Notes: generated by a model from the sequence alone, not told the origin. A stretch of DNA of 32,000 bases from Corynebacterium glutamicum ATCC 13032 (GCF_000011325.1 NC_003450.3:1830001-1862000), one strand, 5' to 3'; shown: positions 16,681 through 24,857, counted from the first letter of the stretch. Numbers and translations are program-made.

Positions 16681-17314
16681 GTCCATAGTCCTAACCAATC
16701 ATGTAATAAATGTAATAACTTAGTGTCACATAATACTACATAATTTATTGTGTTTAGGTTATGTCAAAGTTATTGACATACTTTCTTAAAGCTCGTGATT
16801 GAACATCTAGCTAGATAAAAAACTTCTTTCATCAAGCCTTTTCTTCACTAGTTGCTCTTATTCTCCATTAAATCACTAAATTACCTAATAATGCAATCTA
16901 ATCGACTCTTATTGGTCAATTAAGTGTCAATTAAAGGAATTTTCTTAGGCTTAATGAAAAGTACTGTCGCATATCTACTTTTAACTACGACACCAATACC
17001 TACAGCGAAACTGTTTAATAACCTAAATAACGACACCACTTCGACAAAAACAATAATAAAGTCATGTCATTTTTTAGTCGCAGCGTGCGCACACCATAGT
17101 GGGACCTGGTAGGGCTCCCACGTCTACGCTCAAACGCGCGCAAGTACGCTCACGCACACTGTAGCTACACAGACGACCAGTTAAAGCACAGTCAATCCGC
17201 GGATACCACCAGCATAGGCACACGCCGGCAGTGATGCACCGCACTTGAGAAAAATAAATCATCTCAAGAAACAAACTAATACGTTATTATTGTAATTTAA
17301 TTAGAGAAAAGAAA

Positions 17315-17935
17315 GTGACTTTTAAAGTGCTTATTCGCATCGCCGAGCATCAAGGCCGGCTCCATGTCCATAGCCCCTACTCAAAGGCTTTTGCCGCCCG
17401 CGCTCGAAAGCTCAACGGTCTCTGGTCACCCGAAACGAAGACCTGGCATTTCAGCCCCGATAAAGAACAACCGGTGAGACGCGCACTCAAGGATGTCTAC
17501 GGCTGGGATGAATTCACCACACCCGAGCTATGCACGGTGCAGCTCACTGTGACCCCAGAGGCAGTGCTCAACAAACACACACTCACCATCGCTGGTGTTA
17601 CACTTCTGAGCCGTTTACGCAGAAATTACTCGGTGTGGTTGGGTGATAATGTCCGCATCATCAGTGGCAATTTCCCAGAAGCAGCAGGATCACCCCAGTA
17701 CCCCCTCATCATGGGTGTGAAGGCTCAACCCGTTGTTATCCATGTGCAGGAATTCCCTGTAGATGCTGTTTCGACTATTCCCCCGCGATTTAATCCTATT
17801 GTTATCACTGCACCGCCGAGCATTGATATTGCTGCTCTTCGAGCTGAACGCGAACAGCTCACCCGACGCATCAGCGAAATTGACAAGAAAATCGCACGTG
17901 CTGTGCATCCAACCATTCAGACTGAGGCTGCCTAA
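17315..17935 (+). CDS. hypothetical protein with C-terminal coiled-coil segment
   Basis: 206-aa ORF from GTG 17315. The AAGAAAG box at 17309-17315 fits better with the in-frame GTG at 17327 (11-nt spacing). The C-terminus reads AALRAEREQLTRRISEIDKKIARA. The stop is 2 nt from the next start. Confidence 0.6.
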   Translation: MTFKVLIRIAEHQGRLHVHSPYSKAFAARARKLNGLWSPETKTWHFSPDKEQPVRRALKDVYGWDEFTTPELCTVQLTVTPEAVLNKHTLTIAGVTLLSRLRRNYSVWLGDNVRIISGNFPEAAGSPQYPLIMGVKAQPVVIHVQEFPVDAVSTIPPRFNPIVITAPPSIDIAALRAEREQLTRRISEIDKKIARAVHPTIQTEAA

Positions 17936-17937
17936 TA

Positions 17938-18477
17938 ATGATGCAGACTCTCAAGCGGAAAATTCCGCTCATCTCATGCAATGACCTCAAAGAAGTGCAG
18001 TTACTTTTTCTTAAAGGTCAGATGCACACAGTCGGCTACAAGCTAGATACCGATCTTCGCAAGCTCACTAATACCGATGTGCTTGATCTTATTAACGCGC
18101 TCTTCGGCACCACTGTGACCAGCGCAGATGACGAAGCAGCAGATTTCATTGACTCTGATCCTCAGTTTGCAGTGCTCGTTGAGCTGGCCTACCACGACTG
18201 TGCACGCCGCGCTGCCATGGGTCTATCCAGGGTACAGCAGCTCATCTATGACAATGCGGCTAAATCAACCTACTACCGCAGCGTCGCAGCTAGACATCGC
18301 AAACACATCCGTGAACTCCACGAGCAAACACAGCGAGATGGTATTCACTTCGACAACCCGTTGTCTCGTGCAGTCATCAACGATCTCAGCATGTCCATGA
18401 ACCGTGCTCGACTAAACCGCATCGCTTCATGGAAATCAGCCGGCGTACAGCGCTATCTCAACCCCACTATCTCTTAG
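17938..18477 (+). CDS. hypothetical protein (179 aa)
   Basis: The ATG lies 2 nt after the previous stop (taataatgatg). The ORF runs uninterrupted and is consistent with the operon. No recognisable motif. Confidence 0.55.
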   Translation: MMQTLKRKIPLISCNDLKEVQLLFLKGQMHTVGYKLDTDLRKLTNTDVLDLINALFGTTVTSADDEAADFIDSDPQFAVLVELAYHDCARRAAMGLSRVQQLIYDNAAKSTYYRSVAARHRKHIRELHEQTQRDGIHFDNPLSRAVINDLSMSMNRARLNRIASWKSAGVQRYLNPTIS

Positions 18478-18508
18478 AACCACACACAACCAAGAAAGCA
18501 GTCACTAC

Positions 18509-19039
18509 ATGACCACCTCATCACCCCTTAAGTCCAAAAATTCCCTTAACGGCGCGCAGACCACATTTGTCCGCAATTGTGTTGCAGACGGCCCAACCGA
18601 GGTAAAAGCCACCATTGATGCACGTGGCGGTATCGAACAGCTCCGTGACAATGAGATTTCACAGCTCCCCGACAAGCTGTGGTTCAATAGCGCAACCTCC
18701 GCATCCAATGACGAGTTCACCACCGATAACATCCGACTTGGGTTGCTCTACAACATGGCACTGAATAAGGCATCGGCTCATCGCTATGAGCTTGCTGCCC
18801 GCTGGTACGCCATTGTTAGCCCTCAGCCATCGCAAGAAGCTAGCCACAAGCGCATCGCGTCCTGGCACCTTACCCAGCTGCACGCACTGGTGACCCTATC
18901 TCGCACCCTAGGGGTCATCATTCCTGGTGATGAGATCGACGCTCTAGCGCAGTCTATGGAGAATGCTCGTCAAGTTGGCACCGAGAATTGGTCCACTGTC
19001 ACCATGCGCACCTACGTGACCAACCGCAAGGCATCCTAA
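18509..19039 (+). CDS. hypothetical protein (176 aa)
   Basis: ATG with AAGAAAG at 18492-18498 (10-nt spacing). Its stop overlaps the next start (TAATG at 19037-19041). Confidence 0.6.
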   Translation: MTTSSPLKSKNSLNGAQTTFVRNCVADGPTEVKATIDARGGIEQLRDNEISQLPDKLWFNSATSASNDEFTTDNIRLGLLYNMALNKASAHRYELAARWYAIVSPQPSQEASHKRIASWHLTQLHALVTLSRTLGVIIPGDEIDALAQSMENARQVGTENWSTVTMRTYVTNRKAS

Positions 19040-19788
19040 TGACTCGCGATATTTTCCACGAGGCTGCAAAACTCATCGCACACCTGGGGTGGAGGGACGC
19101 TTTTCCAGCACTACAGCGCACTGACCCAGCGCCAACACATGCTGTGCCGATCAGGGCCTTTGATCTCAAGGCGGGCGCCGTCATCACCGATGAAAATCGA
19201 AGCAATGCTTATATCTATGACACCCTTGTCATCACGCAGCCATATAAGCACGAGTTACCTCATCAAAACACCCACCCTTTTGAGTGGGCCCTGGAACAAA
19301 TTGCCACGCTTGATCCGGCGTTCTCGATCAAGCTCGATCGCTCAGTGACCGTCCCTGAAATTGGACTCTACGCCCGCACACTGCATGACCTTAATACTCG
19401 GCATCAAGACTTCTTGGCACAGCGCAACGCCATGTTGCTTGTTGTTGCCCGTCGTGGTGTTGATCCAAAAAATATCGCAGACGTACTTGGTTTAACCACC
19501 AATCAGATACATCGGATTCTCAGTGCTACTCCGGCTGATTCCCCTACTGATTTAGGCGTTAACCCCGCCACAACAATGGGTGATGTAGTGAGGTTTATCA
19601 AGAAACGTCGCACCACTATGCAACTACGCGGCACCGCTGTCCGTGCACTGCTCTATCACGGCCTTACGCCGGCAGTCATCTCCCGACTAAGCGGCATGTC
19701 GCGTGCGGGTGTCATCAACGCAGCCAAGGCATTCCCCACCACCATCAACCACAAGGTCAAGAAAAGAAAGCAGCACTTCCATGTCTAA
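19039..19788 (+). CDS. DNA-binding protein with two helix-turn-helix segments
   Basis: Start chosen at the TAATG overlap (MTRDIFHEAAKL). The two HTH-like segments are PKNIADVLGLTTNQIHRILS and PAVISRLSGMSRAGVINAAK, which look like sigma-70 region-4 or MerR-type HTHs. Confidence 0.55.
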   Translation: MTRDIFHEAAKLIAHLGWRDAFPALQRTDPAPTHAVPIRAFDLKAGAVITDENRSNAYIYDTLVITQPYKHELPHQNTHPFEWALEQIATLDPAFSIKLDRSVTVPEIGLYARTLHDLNTRHQDFLAQRNAMLLVVARRGVDPKNIADVLGLTTNQIHRILSATPADSPTDLGVNPATTMGDVVRFIKKRRTTMQLRGTAVRALLYHGLTPAVISRLSGMSRAGVINAAKAFPTTINHKVKKRKQHFHV

Positions 19789-19969
19789 TCTCGGCACATA
19801 CTATGCAGCACGACGTGCAGTTATTGGGCAATTGCTCAATGAAGGTCTTGATGCTGAGCAGATCGCAACACGATTGCAACTCAGCCCGGATCTCATTAAC
19901 GCAGATTTTGAGGCTCTAGAAAAAGAGAAAGGTGAGGCCCAGAAAAAGTCTCAACAGCCTGGTTTCTGA
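19781..19969 (+). CDS. small HTH protein (62 aa)
   Basis: ATG 19781 overlaps the upstream stop by 8 nt (ATGTCTAA). AAGAAAG lies at 19764-19770 (10-nt spacing). The HTH-like segment is LDAEQIATRLQLSPDLINADF. Confidence 0.55.
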   Translation: MSNLGTYYAARRAVIGQLLNEGLDAEQIATRLQLSPDLINADFEALEKEKGEAQKKSQQPGF

Positions 19970-20000
19970 TCCCTCTAAACAAAACCACCAATTCGCACGC

Positions 20001-20039
20001 CACAACAGCCCAGCAGCATCATGTTGCTGGGCTGTTGTG
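20001..20039 (+). terminator. 15-bp perfect hairpin after the HTH operon
   Basis: cacaacagcccagca (20001-20015) pairs with tgctgggctgttgtg (20025-20039) around a 9-nt loop. It is followed by catttct, a poor U tract. Confidence 0.55.
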
Positions 20040-20073
20040 CATTTCTACACACGCTTTGAAAGGAGAACCAACT

Positions 20074-20409
20074 ATGACCACCCAACCACTTGTCATACTC
20101 TTCACCCTCCACGCCAATCCCTCCCATGACCACAAAGAACGCGCCACCACTATTACTGGCTCGCTGAGCTCCATCCGTCGCTGGTTGGTTTCGCAGGCAG
20201 ATCTCTACGGCTGGAATCTCGGTAATTTCTCTGCTTGGAGTCTTGATCGACGCGATCATGACCCTGGTGAAATCATCCCTGAGCTCAATCAAAATACCCT
20301 GCTCGCCTGTGCATCCCTGGTCTGGGATATTCCACCAGCTCATATTGCACTGCAGGCTGTAATACCCAAGCCAGAAAATATCCCTCTGATGAGAGCAGCG
20401 ACGCTCTAA
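20074..20409 (+). CDS. hypothetical protein (111 aa)
   Basis: ATG 20074 is preceded by aaaggag (20059-20065). A strong bidirectional terminator follows. Confidence 0.55.
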   Translation: MTTQPLVILFTLHANPSHDHKERATTITGSLSSIRRWLVSQADLYGWNLGNFSAWSLDRRDHDPGEIIPELNQNTLLACASLVWDIPPAHIALQAVIPKPENIPLMRAATL

Positions 20410-20413
20410 GCAC

Positions 20414-20453
20414 AAAAAACAGCCATCAACATAACGTTAATGGCTGTTTTTTT
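20414..20453. terminator. bidirectional rho-independent terminator
   Basis: aaaaaacagccat pairs with atggctgttttttt. The core stem is 20419-20426 with 20440-20447. An A run precedes it and a T run follows, so it can work on both strands between convergent genes. Confidence 0.75.
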
Positions 20454-20470
20454 AACCCTCTACCACTACA

Positions 20471-21049
20471 TTACTGTATCGCAGCAGCAAGTTCCTGCTC
20501 AGTCGGAATCGCCAATGGCGTGCCTGCATAGATCAGGTCTGGATCAACAAGCTTGTTGCGATCAATGATCAACCCAACCGGCACACCACTGTCCTGAGAA
20601 ATAGAGGACAAGGTTTCGCCATTCTCAATGACGTGCACCGTACCTGGACGGGCAGGTCCTGCGACAGCATCAAGTGCTGATACTGGTGTGTCACCGTTGC
20701 CGGTAATGGTCAAGGTGGGGTCGGTCGGAGCCGTTGGCTCTTGAGCACTGTCGTGCTCACGGGGTTCTTTGTGATCTGAGTCTGCGCCTTCGGCGGTGCC
20801 TGTGTTGCTGTCAGCATCACTGGCGTCAGATGAAGAAGGATCGTGAACCTTCGTGACAATTTCGGTTTCTGTCACGACCTGATTTTTTACCTCGTCCTGT
20901 GGCTCGACGACGGCCACTGTATTGACATCACCACCGCCTTGGGCGAGAAAGGTCACGCCTGATCCACCTGCAATAACGGCAGCAGCAATAAACGCACCTG
21001 CTGCCACACCTGGTACTCGATTTTTCGGCATTGCGCCTTTAATCGCCAT
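20471..21049 (-). CDS. membrane-anchored LysM domain protein
   Basis: N-terminal TM segment VPGVAAGAFIAAAVIAGGSGVTFLA. An acidic S/D/T-rich linker follows. The C-terminal LysM reads HVIENGETLSSISQDSGVPVGLIIDRNKLVDPDLIYAGTPLAIP. aaagga lies 9 nt upstream of the ATG. Confidence 0.8.
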   Translation of the reverse strand: MAIKGAMPKNRVPGVAAGAFIAAAVIAGGSGVTFLAQGGGDVNTVAVVEPQDEVKNQVVTETEIVTKVHDPSSSDASDADSNTGTAEGADSDHKEPREHDSAQEPTAPTDPTLTITGNGDTPVSALDAVAGPARPGTVHVIENGETLSSISQDSGVPVGLIIDRNKLVDPDLIYAGTPLAIPTEQELAAAIQ

Positions 21050-21219
21050 GTTCGTTTGTCCTTTACCTTTACCCGTTTAATGTTCCCTGGATACTACAAA
21101 TTAAACTCTAGTATCTTATTAATTTCTGTTACTATTAACATATAGGTTTTTTAAAGTTTCGTCTACATAAACCTGCAACAGAAATCACTACACCCAGTTC
21201 TCGAAAGGCTTTTTCTCTC

Positions 21220-22443
21220 ATGACCTACCCAGTTACCCCTCAACCTGTGCAGCCAGCACCAGTCGCCGAAAAGATCAAGGCATCAAGCCTCAAAGAAGGC
21301 ACTCAGGTATTTATCAAAGGTCGGGTTAATTACTCCCGCATCGCAAGCTTTATTACTGGTACCGAGCGCGAAAACCGTAATCGCGACAGGCTTCACCCAA
21401 TCGAATTCGACTACACCTCCCTGACTTTGAGCCACCCTGAAATCATCTACGGCAACCCGCAACAAAAGACCAATGAAGAACTCTTCCTTGAGCAGCGAAT
21501 CTTTGTCGGCAAGAAGCGTCCTGAAGAGGGTCCAAAATTCTCCATTGACAACAAGAGCAACCGTCTACCACAGGTTTGGGTGCCATCCACCAATGCTGAT
21601 GGTACTTATGAGCAGCTTGAAGGTCTCGAAGGTGAGCTCGACGCAGGGCTCAACGTCATTATTCTCATCGAGTTCTATAAGCCACGTACACAGGTTAATC
21701 GCGGCTCCCGCCTCAACGCCGTGTTCCTGCAGGAGCCCATTCGTTACTACACCCCTGGTTACAATGCAGATAAGCTCGCTGCCCTCGGAATCGTACTTAA
21801 CGCACCGCCAAAGGACACTATTCAGCTCGTTCCTAATGAGGTCGCTGCAGGACAAGACCAGTCCACCACCGATGCATCCGGTCTCCCGCTTCCAGGCCAG
21901 GGATATAGCGCACCTGATCAGCCATATCAGGCGCAGCCTCAGTATCAGCAGGCAACCCCAGCGGCTGCACCTCAGCAGTACCAGGCCCCACAGCCCCAGT
22001 ACCAGCAGTCAGCTCCACAGGCACAACCTGCACCGGCACCAGTTGCGCAGTTCCAGCAGGCAGCGCCTCAGGCACCTGCTCAGCCAGCACAGCAGCAGTA
22101 TCAGGCACCACTTCCTGCCGGTAATCCTCTTGCAGCAGGTCAGCCAGTTGCACCACAGGCTCCACTCAACCAGCCAACTCCGGCAGTACAGCAGGCAATG
22201 CCTACCCAAGCCCCACAAACACCGGCACAACCAGTTCAGCCACCAGCACCACAAGCCGGTTCTGCATTTACCGATGCTCCGGGTGCTGTGCCACAGGCAC
22301 CAGCAGTTCAGGCTGCTCCCGCTGTAGCTCAGGCGCCTGTCGCGCCAGTAGTTGATATGACCGAGCCAGCATCCCCATGGGATCTTCCAGCTGCACCTAG
22401 TCAGCCAGCGCAGCCAGCTCAGGGCATCACCTACCCGGCATAA
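21220..22443 (+). CDS. gp2.5/DUF2815-like single-stranded DNA-binding protein with long P/Q/A-rich tail
   Basis: The N-terminal ~200 aa show the family pattern (KGRVNYSRIASF ... LNVIILIEFYKPRTQVNRGSRLNAVFLQE). Residues ~210-395 are P/Q/A low complexity. The terminal DMTEPASPWDLP could be an interaction tip. The family call is from memory of the pattern only. Confidence 0.6.
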   Translation: MTYPVTPQPVQPAPVAEKIKASSLKEGTQVFIKGRVNYSRIASFITGTERENRNRDRLHPIEFDYTSLTLSHPEIIYGNPQQKTNEELFLEQRIFVGKKRPEEGPKFSIDNKSNRLPQVWVPSTNADGTYEQLEGLEGELDAGLNVIILIEFYKPRTQVNRGSRLNAVFLQEPIRYYTPGYNADKLAALGIVLNAPPKDTIQLVPNEVAAGQDQSTTDASGLPLPGQGYSAPDQPYQAQPQYQQATPAAAPQQYQAPQPQYQQSAPQAQPAPAPVAQFQQAAPQAPAQPAQQQYQAPLPAGNPLAAGQPVAPQAPLNQPTPAVQQAMPTQAPQTPAQPVQPPAPQAGSAFTDAPGAVPQAPAVQAAPAVAQAPVAPVVDMTEPASPWDLPAAPSQPAQPAQGITYPA

Positions 22444-22460
22444 CAACCAGCACAACCCTT

Positions 22461-22501
22461 AGACCCCAGACTCGCATTTTGCAGGGTTTGGGGTCTTTTT
22501 T
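22461..22501 (+). terminator. rho-independent terminator
   Basis: agacccca (22461-22468) pairs with tggggtct (22489-22496). It is followed by a T run to 22501. Confidence 0.7.
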
Positions 22502-22595
22502 CACCAGGGTCGAGGCGCGGTCTGTGTGCCCACCTCGACCCACTTTTCGCCCACCACTTTTCGTCAACCTACCAACAACAAAGCCCAGGTCACTT

Positions 22596-23876
22596 ATGGT
22601 CAACCCTTTTCACACGCTTGATAACTCACCGTTTGATCCGGTGGCACAGTTTCCTGCGTTTTATCACAACCCGCTTATCAATCACTTGGGCCGCCGTCGC
22701 GCCTGGACAATCTCAGACATCAACAAACGCCCCATCAATGTCCAACAGATGCTGACCACGGCCACCTACGGTAGCCCCGTTATTCATGGTGCCCGCATTG
22801 AAGACGCAGCAACCTCCCTACTTACCCTGGATGAACTGCGTACACAGATTCCCACCGCTGCCAACAATGCGTTTTATCTCGATGCTGTCCAAGATGGCTG
22901 TCTTATTTTAGATATTGAAAAAACCTGTCCCCCCGAGGTCGCAGCCACACTACTCACGCTCTCCCCCACCGCCTTTTACACAGAGGTGTCCATGAGTGGT
23001 CGTGGCTATCACCTCGTTATGCCGATACCAGAGAATTTTGCAGCGTTTCCTGCCGTACACAACAAACCCAGTATCAAACACCCCAAGCGCTGGTTCGAAA
23101 TTCTTACCTCACAGTGGATCACCTTCACCCGACAACCAATCCCAGAGCATGTTCTCCATCACAGTGAATCTGCTAACACAAGTGCTGTGCCATGGTTGAA
23201 TGATCAACCACTTACATGGGAAAACGTCTTTGCAGACTTAGCTAAAACTGTTGCACCCAACTTAAAAACCGGTGCCGGACTTACCATCACACCCAATGCA
23301 CTGATGCCACCAGATCTCAGCGATGCTGAGCGCATTCGCGACGATGAAGTCATCGACTCGACCTGTCGATTATTTGCCGAACATTACTCGAAAACACTTG
23401 CGGACTTCTATGATGATGCATCCCGGTTCGAGTTCAGCCAAATTGGTGTCATTATCAATCTACTGCTCCCCACTATGAGGATGCATCCCACCACGATCAG
23501 TCTCGACAAACCCATCAACTCCGATCACATCATCAGACTTCTGTTCGCTGTCGCTACTCGCGTGATCACTCACCGCAGCAAACATGATGAGGAGCGATCT
23601 GGCGTTCCGTATCTGATGTATCAGGTTATTTCCTGCCTTGACATGCGAGAACACCCCGACAATGGCGACTACCGTGTCGTACCCTCCCGGCATAATAGAG
23701 ACCAACACAGCAACAACCCCTCAGCTCATGTGGTCCACCAACAACCACAACCCCAGCCCAGCGCAGCAGATTCGCCACATCACTACCGTGCACTACCCCA
23801 AGAAAACACGGTGTCCGAACACAGTTTTAAAATCTATAACCCACCAGCCACACCCCCTCTAGGAGGTGAAAATTAG
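22596..23876 (+). CDS. AEP-superfamily primase-polymerase (PrimPol-like)
   Basis: CLILDIEKT (D-x-E at 22911-22919) and SMSGRGYHLVMPIP (SGRGYH at 22995-23012) match the acidic metal motif and the sGxGxH motif of archaeo-eukaryotic primases. Start chosen at ATG 22596, because the terminator at 22461-22501 overlaps the track ORF start at 22479. Confidence 0.6.
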   Translation: MVNPFHTLDNSPFDPVAQFPAFYHNPLINHLGRRRAWTISDINKRPINVQQMLTTATYGSPVIHGARIEDAATSLLTLDELRTQIPTAANNAFYLDAVQDGCLILDIEKTCPPEVAATLLTLSPTAFYTEVSMSGRGYHLVMPIPENFAAFPAVHNKPSIKHPKRWFEILTSQWITFTRQPIPEHVLHHSESANTSAVPWLNDQPLTWENVFADLAKTVAPNLKTGAGLTITPNALMPPDLSDAERIRDDEVIDSTCRLFAEHYSKTLADFYDDASRFEFSQIGVIINLLLPTMRMHPTTISLDKPINSDHIIRLLFAVATRVITHRSKHDEERSGVPYLMYQVISCLDMREHPDNGDYRVVPSRHNRDQHSNNPSAHVVHQQPQPQPSAADSPHHYRALPQENTVSEHSFKIYNPPATPPLGGEN

Positions 23877-24281
23877 ATTTATTATTAAAACACTTGTTCT
23901 AAACATAAGGAACGCGCTACCATTCATAGTTAGTGGGCATTCCGCCCCATAACAAACAGTAGAAAATTAAGTAGCACAGCATTGTAAATGTCGGGGAAAC
24001 AAAATTATTCAACACTTTTCCAACTAATTGTTGATATGCACACTTTGTCGAACAATTACAGGAGCTACATGCACTTTTACATTTTCTATCAGCTTGTTAT
24101 TAGTAATTATTTATCTGATTAAAATATCGGAGTTTATTTATGTGATTTGACCGGTAATTGCACAATAAAGTAATAGTTAATTACTAGGTATAGCAACGGA
24201 TTAAATAATCACTATAATTAATTCTTTCCGTACTCATTTTAATCACTACCTATTCACCACTTGAACGGAGCGTTTTTCGCC

Positions 24282-24857
24282 ATGTTGAAATTCCGCATCA
24301 TCTCCACAGTCACTACTGGATCTCAGCCAACTCCACGAAAAAGCTGGAGCCACCCCGACACCACTCTCCTGGTCACCATGGTCACTGCACCATCGCTGTG
24401 CTCAGCCATCAACGTGTGGAACGCAACTGAGCGTATTCCCGCTCAAAAAATCCTTAATGTCGAAGAAGTACACGTTCTTGGTGAGTGCAGCGACGCCATC
24501 ATCTCTACGTCACTAACCAAAAAGGACAATCCGCACGCACTTGTGCCCGATGATTTCGACCAAATCGGCGATGTGTTTGGCTATGCGCAAGACAATGTAG
24601 CTGTTTTTGATGTCATTGTCGCAGCACTGGGCGGTGCTGGTTATGGCCTGCTACCCGGACTGGTCATGCACCACATTGATGAGCACACCGTTGCACTTGT
24701 CTTTGATACTGATTCCCCTACTGGGACGCATATCCTCGGTGAGCGCTGCGTGTACTCCGACATCATTCACATGACTGACGATAAGTCTGCCCGTGGCTGG
24801 GGTGCAGTCATTGCCATAGCACGAGCCATCATCCTCAAAGTCGAACAGATCATGTAG
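24282..24857 (+). CDS. hypothetical protein (191 aa)
   Basis: First gene after a 400-bp AT-rich gap. ATG 24282 has ggag 11 nt upstream. No recognisable motif. Confidence 0.55.
   Translation: MLKFRIISTVTTGSQPTPRKSWSHPDTTLLVTMVTAPSLCSAINVWNATERIPAQKILNVEEVHVLGECSDAIISTSLTKKDNPHALVPDDFDQIGDVFGYAQDNVAVFDVIVAALGGAGYGLLPGLVMHHIDEHTVALVFDTDSPTGTHILGERCVYSDIIHMTDDKSARGWGAVIAIARAIILKVEQIM

Noticed and set aside
16924-17112. 62-aa GTG-start ORF in the AT-rich gap
   Set aside because: It has no RBS-like box. Its AT-rich codon usage is unlike that of neighbouring genes. It runs from AT-rich DNA into the GC-rich island, so it is probably non-coding.
21473-22455. Long alternative-frame and antisense ORFs (21473-22327 plus strand; 21833-22165 and 22009-22455 minus strand)
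   Set aside because: All lie within the P/Q/A low-complexity tail of the SSB-like gene. The biased CAG/CCA/GCA composition removes stop codons in several frames. The products are S/L/R/H- or W/C/R/L-rich nonsense.
23877-24281. 45-aa ORF (ATG near 23989) in the AT-rich gap
   Set aside because: It has extreme AT-rich codon usage and no purine box. The region is more plausibly a promoter or silencer-binding region.
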